55,099 nt of DNA from an uncultured Verrucomicrobiales bacterium (GCA_938091905.1 CALKOM010000063.1:1-55099), one strand, 5' to 3'. Shown: positions 37,070 through 47,528, counted from the first letter of the stretch. Numbers and translations: made by a program. The notes: generated from the sequence alone by a model not told the origin.

Positions 37070-39571
37070 ATGATCGAGACGCTCCTTTCCAACACGCCGG
37101 TTAAGCCTCAAAGCGCGTTCTCTCACGCTGAACTGCCGTCATCTGCTCGAGTTGTCATCGTCGGTGGCGGGATTGTTGGCGCTAGCGTCGCTCATCATCT
37201 AACCTTGTTGGGCTGGAAGGATGTTGTGCTGCTAGAGCAGGGCCAGATTGGCGGAGGGACGACGTGGCATGCCGCGGGCATGGTGGGGCAACTGCGCACC
37301 AGCAATAGTCTTACGAAGATTAATAAGTACAGTGTCGAACTCTACAAGCATCTCCAAGAGGATCTTGGGCATGACATTGGCTGGTTGCAGGTGGGAAGCC
37401 TGATTGTGGGAACGTGTGAAGAACGGATGACACAGCTCCGACGGACGGCTGCGATGGCGGAGGTGTTTGGAGTGGAGGCGTCTCTGTTAGATCGCGAGGC
37501 TTCGCAGGAGAAATGGCCACTCATGCGTAGTGATGACGTGCTCGGTGGCGTGTGGCTGCCCCACGATGGGAGAGTGATCCCCGGGGCTACCGCGGTGGCC
37601 ATGGCGATGGAGGCTGAGAAACGAGGCGCAGCTATCATCGAAAGCACCCAAGTGGAAAAGGTGCTCATGTCAGGGAATCGAGCCAAGGGTGTGCAGACGG
37701 ATCAAGGAGAGATCCAAGCGGATTGGGTGATATTGACAGGAGGCATGTGGACGCGTCAGCTTGGATTGGGGATCGATGTCGATATCCCGCTGTATCCTGT
37801 CGAACACCACTATGTATTGAGTGAGCCAATAGAAGGAGCCCATCGTAATCTTCCCTGTGCCCGAGATCCTGACCGGGCCATTTATTTTCGATCGCTAGAT
37901 GACGGTGCTATTAAGCTAGGAGCCTTTCAAGCGCGGTCGACGCCATGGATGGTTGAGCGAGTGCCGAGCGACTTCACTTGTGGTTTGCTTGATGACGATT
38001 GGGAGGGGTTTGCGGAACCTTTAGCAGACGGCAAACATCGGATACCCGCCTTGGAGAACACGTCGTTCCCAAAGTTTGTCAATGGGCCAGAGAGTTTCAC
38101 CCCAGACAATCAGTTCATCATGGGTGAGCCTGCAGGAGTGGGCGGTTTGTTTGTCTTGGCTGGGTTCAATTCAGTTGGAATCGCCTCCGCTGGTGGTGCT
38201 GGCAAGTATGCCGCAGAATGGTTGGAGCAGGGGAGCCCCACGCTCGATCTCTGGTCGGTCGACATCAGGCGCTTCGCATCGTTTCAGAACGATCGATCCT
38301 ATCTACGTGAACGCGTGACGGAAACGTTAGGCCTTCATTATCAGATGGCCTGGCCCAATCGTGAAATGGAGACGGCCCGAGGCATTCGTCAGACACCGTT
38401 GAGCGCGCGGCTACGGGAACGTAATGCCTGCTTTGGAAGTTCGATGGGATGGGAACGCGCCAATTGGTTTGCGCCTCCGGGCACCGAGCCCATGGTTGAG
38501 TATTCATTCAAGAAGCAGAACTGGGCTCCTTACGTTGCGGAAGAAGTGCGGGGCTGTCGTGAGAATGTAGCGATTCTTGATCAGTCGACGTTTGCAAAGT
38601 TCACCTTTCACGGTGCCGATGTGAAGGCCGTCCTCCAGCGACTTTGTGGCGCAAATGTTGATGTTCCTGAAGGAGATACGGTTTACACTGGGATGTTCAA
38701 TGAGCGGGGCACGTTCGAGTCTGACTTGACGTTGGTTCGACTCAGCGAAGAAGAATTCTACTTGGTCAGCGGGACGGCCCAGGTCAACAGGGATTTTGAT
38801 TGGATCACGCGCCACATTCCGGAGGGGGCCGATGCGACCTTGTCGGATGTTACGTCCTTGCTCGGTGTGGTCAGCGTGATGGGGCCGAATGCGCGTCAGC
38901 TACTGAGTAGCGTGACCTTGGCGGATCTTTCAAATGAGGCGTTTCCCTTTGGCACGGCTCAAGAGATCGTGATCAATGATTGCCGCGTGCGTGCGGTTCG
39001 CATCAGTTATGTCGGGGAGTTGGGATGGGAGTTACATGGACCGTTTGGTGCTATTCCCAAAGTGTATGAAGCGCTTCGGGAAGCAGGTGCCAACCTCTCT
39101 GTTGCGCATGCTGGGCACTACGCAATCAATGCTATGCGTTTGGAGAAGGCCTATCGAGCTTGGGGGCATGAATTGTCGACCGACGAGACTCCTCTCGAAG
39201 CAGGCCTCGGATTTGCAATCGATTGGGAGACGCAGTTCTTAGGTAAAGAGGCTTTGCTAGAGCAGAAATCTGCGGGAGCTCGGAAACGTCTTGTCGCCTT
39301 TGCCCTGGAGGACCCTGAGCCCACGCTGTGGGGTAGCGAGCCGATTTACATGAGTGGACAACTTGCGGGCTATACCACTTCTGGTGGTTATAGCCCTACT
39401 CTTGGGCGAGCGGTCGCCCTTGGGTATGTGAAGAATCCCTCTGGTGAAGGGAAGATGACGTCGAAAGCGATCCGCGCGGCTTCTTTTCACCTGCTCAATG
39501 ACGGTCGTCGTTACGAAGCCAAGCCTTATCTACGATCACTTTACGATCCGATGCGAGAGAAGATGCAGTAG
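37070..39571 (+). CDS. GcvT-family FAD-dependent oxidoreductase (dimethylglycine/sarcosine dehydrogenase-like)
   Basis: GGGIVG FAD motif, GTTWHAAG, NGPESFTPD, GWERANWF, SYVGELGWEL and RLEKAYRAWG. Confidence 0.92.
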   Translation: MIETLLSNTPVKPQSAFSHAELPSSARVVIVGGGIVGASVAHHLTLLGWKDVVLLEQGQIGGGTTWHAAGMVGQLRTSNSLTKINKYSVELYKHLQEDLGHDIGWLQVGSLIVGTCEERMTQLRRTAAMAEVFGVEASLLDREASQEKWPLMRSDDVLGGVWLPHDGRVIPGATAVAMAMEAEKRGAAIIESTQVEKVLMSGNRAKGVQTDQGEIQADWVILTGGMWTRQLGLGIDVDIPLYPVEHHYVLSEPIEGAHRNLPCARDPDRAIYFRSLDDGAIKLGAFQARSTPWMVERVPSDFTCGLLDDDWEGFAEPLADGKHRIPALENTSFPKFVNGPESFTPDNQFIMGEPAGVGGLFVLAGFNSVGIASAGGAGKYAAEWLEQGSPTLDLWSVDIRRFASFQNDRSYLRERVTETLGLHYQMAWPNREMETARGIRQTPLSARLRERNACFGSSMGWERANWFAPPGTEPMVEYSFKKQNWAPYVAEEVRGCRENVAILDQSTFAKFTFHGADVKAVLQRLCGANVDVPEGDTVYTGMFNERGTFESDLTLVRLSEEEFYLVSGTAQVNRDFDWITRHIPEGADATLSDVTSLLGVVSVMGPNARQLLSSVTLADLSNEAFPFGTAQEIVINDCRVRAVRISYVGELGWELHGPFGAIPKVYEALREAGANLSVAHAGHYAINAMRLEKAYRAWGHELSTDETPLEAGLGFAIDWETQFLGKEALLEQKSAGARKRLVAFALEDPEPTLWGSEPIYMSGQLAGYTTSGGYSPTLGRAVALGYVKNPSGEGKMTSKAIRAASFHLLNDGRRYEAKPYLRSLYDPMREKMQ

Positions 39572-39625
39572 GTACTGACGGCGCGCACCTTAGGCCTCCT
39601 TCTGGAGTTCCATTAACAAAGCTTA

Positions 39626-41359
39626 ATGAATTCGCCTCTCCTAGATCTGACCTCGATTGTCCGCACTGCTGCGCAGAAGGCGGGCTGTTCTGAAGTCAGT
39701 GCGTTGGACAAGAGCTTAGAGGATGCGGCGCAACATGGAGACTCGCCGATTGAATCGCTCTGTGAAGGCGAACTGGTCGAGGATGAAGATGTCTTCTTCC
39801 TGGAATTGGCGACGGCTTTATCGATGGACTTTCATCCCGAGACGGCGATGGACCTGCGGGAACCGCTGCACGATGTGTTTCCGGCGAAGCTCGCCCTGCG
39901 TTACCGCGTGCTGCCTCACGAGGTCGCGGAGAATCAAGTAACGCTCATGAGTTACGATCCCTTCGATTTGGAAGCGAAGCAGGCCGTTGCCCAAGAAACG
40001 CCAGCCTCTGTCAGTTGGGTGGTGTCGTCGCGGAAGCAAATCCTCGAGGGCCTTCGGCGTGGTTACGGCATTGCGGCCGGCAATTTCGATGAACTCATCG
40101 AGAATCGCGATCTTGATGAGGCCGAGGATGTCTTGGCTCAGGAAGTCAATGTGCTCGGTAAGGACGAGCAAGACGAAGAGGCTACCGTCAACACCTTTGT
40201 GAATCAGGTCTTTCGCGAAGCCTTGCTTGAGCGAGCAACCGACATTCACATTGAACCGTTAGAACGTGACTTGCGCATTCGCTACCGAGTGGACGGTGCG
40301 CTCCAAGAGGTGGCGGTGCCGCCGAACGTTCGCGTCCTGCAAGCCTCGCTCATTTCTCGTCTAAAAATTATGGCGAACCTCGATATTGCGGAACGCCGGT
40401 TGCCACAGGATGGCCGCATCAATCTCGAACTCGATGGCAAACGCATCGATGTGCGCGTGGCGACGATTCCTTCGGCGAATGGAGAGAGTGTCAGTCTTCG
40501 TCTTCTAAGTCGCGAGTCCTATGATTTCAACACGCTTGGATTAGATGAATCTACTCAAGCCACGATTCGTGATCTACTGGCCTTGCCTAACGGCATCATT
40601 CTTGTCACTGGCCCTACGGGAAGCGGCAAATCGACCACCTTGTATGCCTTTCTTCGCGAGCTAAACACGAAAGACACGCGAATTGTGACGATCGAAGATC
40701 CGGTAGAGAATAAGCTAGATGGTGTGGTGCAGATTGCGGTGAAGCCCGAGATCAACCTTACCTTTGCGTCCGGTTTGCGTAGCATTCTACGGGGTGATCC
40801 CAATGTCATCATGGTCGGGGAGATGCGTGATTTGGAAACAACTGAGACGGCGATTCGAGGGGCGTTGACGGGGCATCTCGTCTTTAGCACATTGCACACC
40901 AATGATGCGGTCGGTGGTATTTCGCGATTGTTAGACATGGGGATCGAGCCGTTCCTAATTGCTTCATCGGTGAGGGCCTTTCTAGCACAACGCCTCGTCC
41001 GAACGCTTTGTGATCAATGCGCACAGCCAGCGGGCGACGTTTACACCGATCACTATCTCGAGAGCATCGGCTTCCCTGTCGAGAAGCGCGCTGGCTTGCG
41101 GAAGGCCGTCGGCTGTCGTGGATGTCGGAACACAGGCTATCGGGGCCGCATGGCGCTTCTCGAGATCTGTACGATCTCGGATTCGATGCAGGCGCTTATT
41201 TCAGATAGTGCTTCAAGCAGTGATTTGAAGACGGAGGCCATGAAGGACGGTATGGTGCCTCTTCGCGACTATGGTTGGGAAAAGGCTGGGCATGGCTTCA
41301 CCACCATCGAAGAGATTCTGACGGTGACTGCAACAGAAGGAGGAGGTAGCAAACGCTAA
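39626..41359 (+). CDS. gspE: Type II secretion system ATPase
   Basis: Walker A GPTGSGKST, TIEDPVE, VGEMRD, STLHTNDA and a tetracysteine motif (CDQC...CRGC). Confidence 0.93.
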   Translation: MNSPLLDLTSIVRTAAQKAGCSEVSALDKSLEDAAQHGDSPIESLCEGELVEDEDVFFLELATALSMDFHPETAMDLREPLHDVFPAKLALRYRVLPHEVAENQVTLMSYDPFDLEAKQAVAQETPASVSWVVSSRKQILEGLRRGYGIAAGNFDELIENRDLDEAEDVLAQEVNVLGKDEQDEEATVNTFVNQVFREALLERATDIHIEPLERDLRIRYRVDGALQEVAVPPNVRVLQASLISRLKIMANLDIAERRLPQDGRINLELDGKRIDVRVATIPSANGESVSLRLLSRESYDFNTLGLDESTQATIRDLLALPNGIILVTGPTGSGKSTTLYAFLRELNTKDTRIVTIEDPVENKLDGVVQIAVKPEINLTFASGLRSILRGDPNVIMVGEMRDLETTETAIRGALTGHLVFSTLHTNDAVGGISRLLDMGIEPFLIASSVRAFLAQRLVRTLCDQCAQPAGDVYTDHYLESIGFPVEKRAGLRKAVGCRGCRNTGYRGRMALLEICTISDSMQALISDSASSSDLKTEAMKDGMVPLRDYGWEKAGHGFTTIEEILTVTATEGGGSKR

Positions 41360-41368
41360 CGTTACGTT

Positions 41369-42595
41369 ATGAGTAGCTTCTCTTATACCGCGCTCGATTC
41401 TACAGGCAAGACGGTCAAAGGTCGTCTCGATGTTGGCACGCGTGGGGAGGCGTACAGATCTCTTGAGAAACGTCGTCTCACTCCGGTGCAGGTGCGTTCG
41501 GGTGAGGATATTGAGACGGGCGCCACGAAGACGAGTTCGCAGGGCGCAATCCATCTGGGGCGCGCTCCACTCATTCAGTTTACAGAAGAACTTGCCGACT
41601 TGTTGGATGCGGGGGTCCAACTTCAGCAAGCTCTCAGCATCATGGCGGAGCGCCAACAGCATGCCGGAGTAAAGAAGGTTAGCAGGCGCTTGCGTGAGTT
41701 GCTCCGCGACGGCGCGACGTTCTCTCAGGCTCTGAGTGAAGCATCGCCGAGTTTTGATGATCTTTATTGCAACCTTGTGGCTGCTGGCGAAGCGAGTGGT
41801 TCATTGACCAAGATCCTCAAGCGCCTCGGTTCGAGCCTAACCATTCTGAACGAGCTCCAGAAGCGAGTGATTCAGGCGATGATCTATCCGGCATTTCTCA
41901 TCCTGGCATGTGTGGGATTGATCATTGTCTTTATGACTGTGCTGATGCCGCAGTTGACGACGTTGTTAGCGTCAACGAACCAGCAATTGCCAGCAGCGAC
42001 GCAAGCCCTGGTCGATTTGAGCCAGGGATTTGTGAAGCACTGGTGGCGAATTGGACTTGGTCTTGCCGGTTTAGTTGTACTTTGGGCTAGCATTCTTTGT
42101 GTGCCTTCTGGGCGATACTGGTGGGATTTTTTAAAAATGAAGTTCCCGCTCTTCGGGCCAGTCTTTGCCACCCGTTACTTTGCCACGCTATCGCAAGGGC
42201 TGGCAAATTTGGTCAAGAATGGAGTGCCACTTCTGTCAGCGCTCAAGTTGATGACCCGTGCGACGACGAATCGCTATTACCGGCAGCGCCTTCAGGCGGT
42301 GACCCGCTTGGTCGAAGATGGCGAGTCTTTTTCAGTGGCTCTCCAGAAGGCGAAAGGGTTCCCAATGTTGCTAGTGGACCTCACTGCCGTAGGAGAACAG
42401 ACAGGAGATTTAGGGCGCTCGTTAGAAAAAGCTGCCATCCGCTATGATAAGGAGCTCAACGGAAAAATCACACGACTCACGTCGATGATTACTCCGGTCA
42501 TTATCGTCATCATGGCCGTGCTCGTGACTCTCGTGGCTTATTCCATTGTCTCCGCCATCTTCAAATCTGTGAATGGTATCCGTTCTTCTAACTAG
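41369..42595 (+). CDS. gspF: Type II secretion system inner-membrane platform protein
   Basis: FSYTALD..GK, AGEASGSL, AMIYP and VGEQTGDL motifs; 3 TM segments. Confidence 0.93.
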   Translation: MSSFSYTALDSTGKTVKGRLDVGTRGEAYRSLEKRRLTPVQVRSGEDIETGATKTSSQGAIHLGRAPLIQFTEELADLLDAGVQLQQALSIMAERQQHAGVKKVSRRLRELLRDGATFSQALSEASPSFDDLYCNLVAAGEASGSLTKILKRLGSSLTILNELQKRVIQAMIYPAFLILACVGLIIVFMTVLMPQLTTLLASTNQQLPAATQALVDLSQGFVKHWWRIGLGLAGLVVLWASILCVPSGRYWWDFLKMKFPLFGPVFATRYFATLSQGLANLVKNGVPLLSALKLMTRATTNRYYRQRLQAVTRLVEDGESFSVALQKAKGFPMLLVDLTAVGEQTGDLGRSLEKAAIRYDKELNGKITRLTSMITPVIIVIMAVLVTLVAYSIVSAIFKSVNGIRSSN

Positions 42596-42613
42596 ATTCT
42601 ACACCTCAGCCTC

Positions 42614-43060
42614 ATGACAACAATACAACGAAAGCACAACGCTGGCTTCACCTTGGTCGAGCTGGTCCTCGTCATCACGATCATTTCCATCCTCGTCGGT
42701 GGCGGCATCTATTACATGATGGGCAATGTCGACGTGGCCAAGGAGGTGAAAGCGGAAACAGATATCAAAGCGCTTGGCACCCAAATCCAAGTCTATGAAT
42801 CTCGGAATCTAACTCCGCCTACGACCGAACAAGGGCTTCAAGCACTTGTGCAACGGCCTACTTCCGATCCTGTGCCGGAGAAATGGACTCAGTTGATGGA
42901 GGAGGTGCTCAAAGATCCCTGGGGTAAGCAGTATCAGTACAAGCAACCGGCCGAACGGAGCAAGAAGGGTTACGATCTTTACTCGCTTGGACCAGATGGC
43001 GTCGAGAGCGAAGATGATATTGGTAATTGGAAGAGAACGAGTTCCACGGAGAATGGTTAG
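42614..43060 (+). CDS. gspG: T2SS major pseudopilin
   Basis: G|FTLVE prepilin motif, PTTEQGLQAL, DPWG..YQY and YSLGPDG...DDIGNW. Confidence 0.95.
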   Translation: MTTIQRKHNAGFTLVELVLVITIISILVGGGIYYMMGNVDVAKEVKAETDIKALGTQIQVYESRNLTPPTTEQGLQALVQRPTSDPVPEKWTQLMEEVLKDPWGKQYQYKQPAERSKKGYDLYSLGPDGVESEDDIGNWKRTSSTENG

Positions 43061-43086
43061 GCAAGGCAGTTAATGTTGTTGAGTCC

Positions 43087-43719
43087 ATGAGAGCTCGCGG
43101 GTTTACTCTCGTGGAGATGGTGGTCGCTCTGACCATCATCGCGATTCTACTTTCCTTGGCATTCCCCGCGATGAAGGCCTTGGGGAAAGACGACGAGCCT
43201 ACCCACATCACGTCAGTTCTGGATCTTAGCCGATTTTTGCGTGCTCGCGCTATGAGTGAGAACCGGCCTTACCAAATGGTCTTTGATCAGCAGACCATCT
43301 ATGGCTTGCGCTATTTCTATCCATACCAGGAAGAAACCACGTTCACGGAATTCCTCACCAAGCTGGAAGAGGAGCGTGTGAAGCGAAAGGAAGAGATTGC
43401 GCGAATGGAAGTGGAACGTCTTCAACTCGCGCAAGACCTAGCTGACCCGAACAACCCGCCACCCCCACCGCCAAACATCGACGACGAGTATTTTGTTAGG
43501 AAGCTGACATTACCTAAGGATATGCGGGTTGAAGTGCGTCCGTGGGGCGACGTGATTTGGAAGCCTTTGGATGGCACGACAATTCATCGATGGGTATTTC
43601 AACCCACAGGTTTATGCGATCCAATGCTCCTCAGATTTGGTCTAGAGGGGCAATGGCACGAACTTTCCTTTGAAGTTCTGACCGGAGACCTGGGAACTCA
43701 ACGCTTTTACGCACAGTGA
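43087..43719 (+). CDS. gspH: T2SS minor pseudopilin (GspH-like)
   Basis: RG|FTLVEM prepilin motif; follows gspG. Confidence 0.75.
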   Translation: MRARGFTLVEMVVALTIIAILLSLAFPAMKALGKDDEPTHITSVLDLSRFLRARAMSENRPYQMVFDQQTIYGLRYFYPYQEETTFTEFLTKLEEERVKRKEEIARMEVERLQLAQDLADPNNPPPPPPNIDDEYFVRKLTLPKDMRVEVRPWGDVIWKPLDGTTIHRWVFQPTGLCDPMLLRFGLEGQWHELSFEVLTGDLGTQRFYAQ

Positions 43720-44096
43720 AGGATACGGTGAGAGGTTTCATCTTGTTTGAGGTGATGATTGCCATCGCCGTGTTCGCGATTGTTGCGGTGAGCTTGGCCT
43801 CCGCTATGAATTCTACGATTCAGGCTTCCAACTATCTTAGCCGGCAAGCTGCTGTGCGTCATGGCCTTACGTCCATTCTAAATGAATCCTTGAGGCGTCC
43901 CAAGCTTAAGGAGATGGCGCTTCGATACGAAGATAAAGTGCTTGGAGTACGATACCGAACAGAAACGCAAGAGGTGCGATTTGTGAATCAAGAGGGGAAC
44001 AGTGTGAAAGGGCTCTACACACTCCGCGCCCTCGCTGACTACGTGGAAGACGGTGAGGACCGTCAGGAGAAAGCCGAAGTTTATGTGCGGCGTTAA
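43716..44096 (+). CDS. gspI: T2SS minor pseudopilin (GspI-like)
   Basis: RG|FILFEVM prepilin motif; 126 aa; operon position. Confidence 0.72.
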   Translation: MKDTVRGFILFEVMIAIAVFAIVAVSLASAMNSTIQASNYLSRQAAVRHGLTSILNESLRRPKLKEMALRYEDKVLGVRYRTETQEVRFVNQEGNSVKGLYTLRALADYVEDGEDRQEKAEVYVRR

Positions 44097-44778
44097 CTTA
44101 CACCGACGTTCACGCGGATTCACCCTCTTAGAGGTGGCCCTTGGCGTGACGATCCTCGCCATTTTAGCAGGGACCATGTTCACGATTGTGCAGAGTTCTC
44201 TCCAAGCCGCCAGCGATATCGAAGTTGTTCAACGGGAGAACCGGCGGATGGAGCGCTACGTGTTCTTGTTGAAGCAACTCTTCCGAACACTTCCGCCTAA
44301 TGGCAAAGTGGGGCTTAAGATCATTGAGCGAAATCCACTCGTGCAAGAGCTCACCCTGACAGGTGCACCGGAAGCCTTTGTGTGGGGCGATGAACCGGTG
44401 AGCAATGAGGCGATCACCATGGCCTTGGTGCGTTATCCCGAAGCCCTCGTGACCGAAGATACTCCCGAGTACTTCCTTGGGATTTCGAGGCCCGATTTCT
44501 TTCGGCCAGATCCTGAGGAAGGGCGTAGCGTTGCTCTCACTAGCGGAGCGCTGACTTATCCTGTGGGACAACGTAATTTGCCTATCATTGCGGATGACAA
44601 GGGCCGCTACTGGCTTCCCCTTCTGCCGGGGGTGCGTTCAATAATGTGGAAGTTCTATCAGATAGACAAGAAGCGTTGGATTGAAGAATCTGGGCCCGCG
44701 CGGCCACCATTGATCGAGCTCATTATTCAACCGTTTGAGCGCAACACGCCGATACGCAGCGTGTTCGCCATCTACTAG
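44083..44778 (+). CDS. gspJ: T2SS minor pseudopilin (GspJ-like)
   Basis: RG|FTLLEV prepilin motif; operon position. Confidence 0.75.
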   Translation: MCGVNLHRRSRGFTLLEVALGVTILAILAGTMFTIVQSSLQAASDIEVVQRENRRMERYVFLLKQLFRTLPPNGKVGLKIIERNPLVQELTLTGAPEAFVWGDEPVSNEAITMALVRYPEALVTEDTPEYFLGISRPDFFRPDPEEGRSVALTSGALTYPVGQRNLPIIADDKGRYWLPLLPGVRSIMWKFYQIDKKRWIEESGPARPPLIELIIQPFERNTPIRSVFAIY

Positions 44779-44782
44779 TGAC

Positions 44783-45748
44783 ATGAGAATCAGTGCACCT
44801 AGTACACAGCGCGCGTCTGCCATGCTCATGGTCCTCTGGGGCATGATGATCATGGCGATGGCTGTGGGCGGGCTCATCACCTACATGCGTGGTAGCGTGC
44901 TGGAAGATGTCGATGCCGCCAAGGCGTTCGAGGCGCGACTGTTAGCCCAGTCAGGCATTGTTCTTGGCATGCATCCCGATATCAAGAAGAACGATCCGCT
45001 TCTTCGTCAGCAGGTCTCTGCTCTCAAGCGCTATGAGGTCAAGGTTTCGTCGCTGGGTGCTCGTGTTGCCATCAACCAAGTAGTGGCCAATCCGGACATT
45101 CGTGATTACTGCCGCAAATTGTTCATTCTTTGGGGACTAGATCCTGAGAAAGCGGGCATTCTAACGGATTCTCTAGTGGACTGGGTAGATGCTGATGACG
45201 AAATTAGCCCGCTTGGTGCCGAGGAAGCTCATTACACCTTGCGGGGTGCCCCTCAATTCCCCCGCAACCAAGGCTTTCGTCACTTGGACGAAATGCTCTT
45301 TGTGCGTGGCATGCACGAGCTCGCACGCAAGAAGTCGAACTGGAAAGACTATTTTACTCTCCACGGTAGTGGCCTCATCGATGTGAACGAGGCTTCAGCC
45401 GAGCTTTTGGAAGTCGTCTGCGATGTCACACGCGCGCAAACGGACTTGCTTGTTCTGCAGCGTCGTGGGCCTGATACTATTGAAAATACTGAGGACGACG
45501 AACCCTACACCGAGTTCTCTGCCGTACAGGAGGCGTTAGGACTTTCTCGCTGGGATTTCGCTGACGTCCTTCCTCGCCTGGCGTTGAACCATCCTATCCG
45601 TCGAGTGGAGAGCACTGGGCATGCCGGAAATGCTGCCATACGGCTCATTGCTACCGTGGGTCCCGGAATCAATCTCATTGAGGAACAGCGAGCTAGTCCC
45701 TCGGGGAGCCTGGCTTTTGAGCTTAGCCGCGACGAAGGCGCACCATGA
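44783..45748 (+). CDS. gspK: T2SS minor pseudopilin GspK
   Basis: LAQSGI, DSLVDWVDADD...GAE, PRN..F..LDEMLFVRGM and IDVNEAS motifs. Confidence 0.88.
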   Translation: MRISAPSTQRASAMLMVLWGMMIMAMAVGGLITYMRGSVLEDVDAAKAFEARLLAQSGIVLGMHPDIKKNDPLLRQQVSALKRYEVKVSSLGARVAINQVVANPDIRDYCRKLFILWGLDPEKAGILTDSLVDWVDADDEISPLGAEEAHYTLRGAPQFPRNQGFRHLDEMLFVRGMHELARKKSNWKDYFTLHGSGLIDVNEASAELLEVVCDVTRAQTDLLVLQRRGPDTIENTEDDEPYTEFSAVQEALGLSRWDFADVLPRLALNHPIRRVESTGHAGNAAIRLIATVGPGINLIEEQRASPSGSLAFELSRDEGAP

Positions 45749-45771
45749 TGGTTTAAGCAGGCGAGTAGTCA

Positions 45772-46971
45772 ATGATCAGTCGCAATCCCGTCCTCCTTCC
45801 TACTTCCCATACCGGTTGGGAGTTGTGGGGAAACACCCGCTTGCGGCGGGTGGATGATCCTGAGGCTTTGAATGGGCAGCCGTTGCACTTTGCGCTGCCC
45901 CTAGACTATTGTCGTAGCTTTCCGCTTCTACTTCCTAGCAAAGATCGCAAGTTGTTTCGCGACCTGATTTATTCTCAGCTAGAGAAACGGCACCTTGTCT
46001 CGCCAACAAGCAATGCGCGCTATGACTTTGAGCCCATTGATCGCTCTGCCGATGGTACCCTTGTCCGCGTCGATTTCGTGCATCGTGATTTGCCGAAGAC
46101 ATGGGAGGACAAGAAGGCCCTTAGTTATGCCGCGTCTCTCCGTTACTACACGCTTCCTGAGGGCAAGGCGGTCATTCTTCGTGAGCGGGAACGCCTCATC
46201 TTGGTCATTGGTCGCGCTGGAAAGCTTCTCTACAGTTCGATTCTCAATCAGACTGGTAAACTGGATGGCCGCGTGGCTTCTGAGTTGCAGGCAGCCATGA
46301 TCTCACTCAACTCGCGTGGTTTCCTGAAGGAGCCCATAGATGGCGTCGAGATCTGGGGAGACTTTCTTCCTGCAGAGGTGGGCGAATTGCGCGATCTCCT
46401 GAGTATCCCGGTCAATCTGCGACCCCATCCGGATCCTGAAGGTGTGCGGCGCCCGCCGAATGGAGCTTTGTTGCCTCCATCCGTAGACATCGGTGTGAAG
46501 AAGCGGCGCAAGGCGCTCTACATCTTATTGGGCTTCGGTATACTCGCGGTCGGCTACGTTGCTATCATCAAGAGCTTCCGTGATCGTCTGATCGACTTGC
46601 GCACTCAGATTGAGGAGCAGCAGAATGACCTCGGAGAGAACACTGCAAACTCAGCAAATTTCTCCGCGGCACAAACACGATGGAAAGCGCTCGCCAATGT
46701 CATCGAGCCGCGCCGTTATCCAGTCGTTCAACTCAACACCATCGCCCAAGTGATGCCCCCGGATGGCGTGATCCTCACAGAGTTTAATACGAAGATTTCT
46801 GAAGTTCGTGTGAATGGCAAAGCCAATAGTGCGAAGGCTGTGTTTGATTTTATGGAGAATCTCAACGAGAACCCCGAGTTGAGTGCGATCTACAGATGGA
46901 GTCGAAAGAAGGAGCCGAATCTTGATGATGACGGTACTGCGTACTTCGAATTTATTGGTAAACTGAAGTAG
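45772..46971 (+). CDS. gspL: GspL/PilN-like bitopic assembly protein
   Basis: Cytoplasmic N-terminal domain, a single TM, a coiled coil and a PilN-like C-terminus; follows gspK. Confidence 0.65.
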   Translation: MISRNPVLLPTSHTGWELWGNTRLRRVDDPEALNGQPLHFALPLDYCRSFPLLLPSKDRKLFRDLIYSQLEKRHLVSPTSNARYDFEPIDRSADGTLVRVDFVHRDLPKTWEDKKALSYAASLRYYTLPEGKAVILRERERLILVIGRAGKLLYSSILNQTGKLDGRVASELQAAMISLNSRGFLKEPIDGVEIWGDFLPAEVGELRDLLSIPVNLRPHPDPEGVRRPPNGALLPPSVDIGVKKRRKALYILLGFGILAVGYVAIIKSFRDRLIDLRTQIEEQQNDLGENTANSANFSAAQTRWKALANVIEPRRYPVVQLNTIAQVMPPDGVILTEFNTKISEVRVNGKANSAKAVFDFMENLNENPELSAIYRWSRKKEPNLDDDGTAYFEFIGKLK

Positions 46972-46973
46972 CG

Positions 46974-47519
46974 ATGCGATCTCTAACACGCTCAGAAATA
47001 TTTTTGCTAGGATTTTGCTTCTTTTCCGTGTTCTTTGTTGGGCATCTCATCGCATACAAACAGTATGGTTTGAAGGTGAAGAAGGCGGAGCAGGTCCTCG
47101 TCGATTTGGGCACACGTGGCGATAGCCCTCGCCTTGAAGAGGCAAAGTCGACTCCAGCCGCACAATCTAAAATCTGGGAGGATCGGATGAAATGGTTGGA
47201 CGACGAGTTGCCGACGATGCCCAGTCGCGACCAAGCTCAAGCTGCACTGCTTGAGGACATGCGTCAGAGTGCCAAGAAGTATGGGCTCGATGTCGATGGG
47301 CTCAGTTTCGTCAAACCAGCCAAGACGCCGCACTACCAAGAGGTTGCTGTGAAGATCAATCTCGATGGCCCTGAGCGGAAAGTGTATCAATGGCTCTCTG
47401 AGATACAGTCGCCGAGCACGTTCCAGGCGATCAAGTTTCTCCGTGTGCGTCCGGAGGGGAGGCGCAGCCGCCCTGATGGCGATTGCGAAATCATCATCGC
47501 TCGTCTCTTCAAACCCTAA
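46974..47519 (+). CDS. gspM: GspM/PilO-like protein
   Basis: LTRSE + TM N-terminus and ferredoxin-like C-terminus; operon position. Confidence 0.6.
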   Translation: MRSLTRSEIFLLGFCFFSVFFVGHLIAYKQYGLKVKKAEQVLVDLGTRGDSPRLEEAKSTPAAQSKIWEDRMKWLDDELPTMPSRDQAQAALLEDMRQSAKKYGLDVDGLSFVKPAKTPHYQEVAVKINLDGPERKVYQWLSEIQSPSTFQAIKFLRVRPEGRRSRPDGDCEIIIARLFKP

Positions 47520-47528
47520 CCAGCGCCG

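Noticed and set aside
37070..39571. Calling this a PbfB/C/D N-methyl-AEP oxidoreductase
   Set aside because: It has the long DMGDH-like architecture with a GcvT domain and lies 16 kb from the phn operon on the other strand; kept only as a hypothesis.
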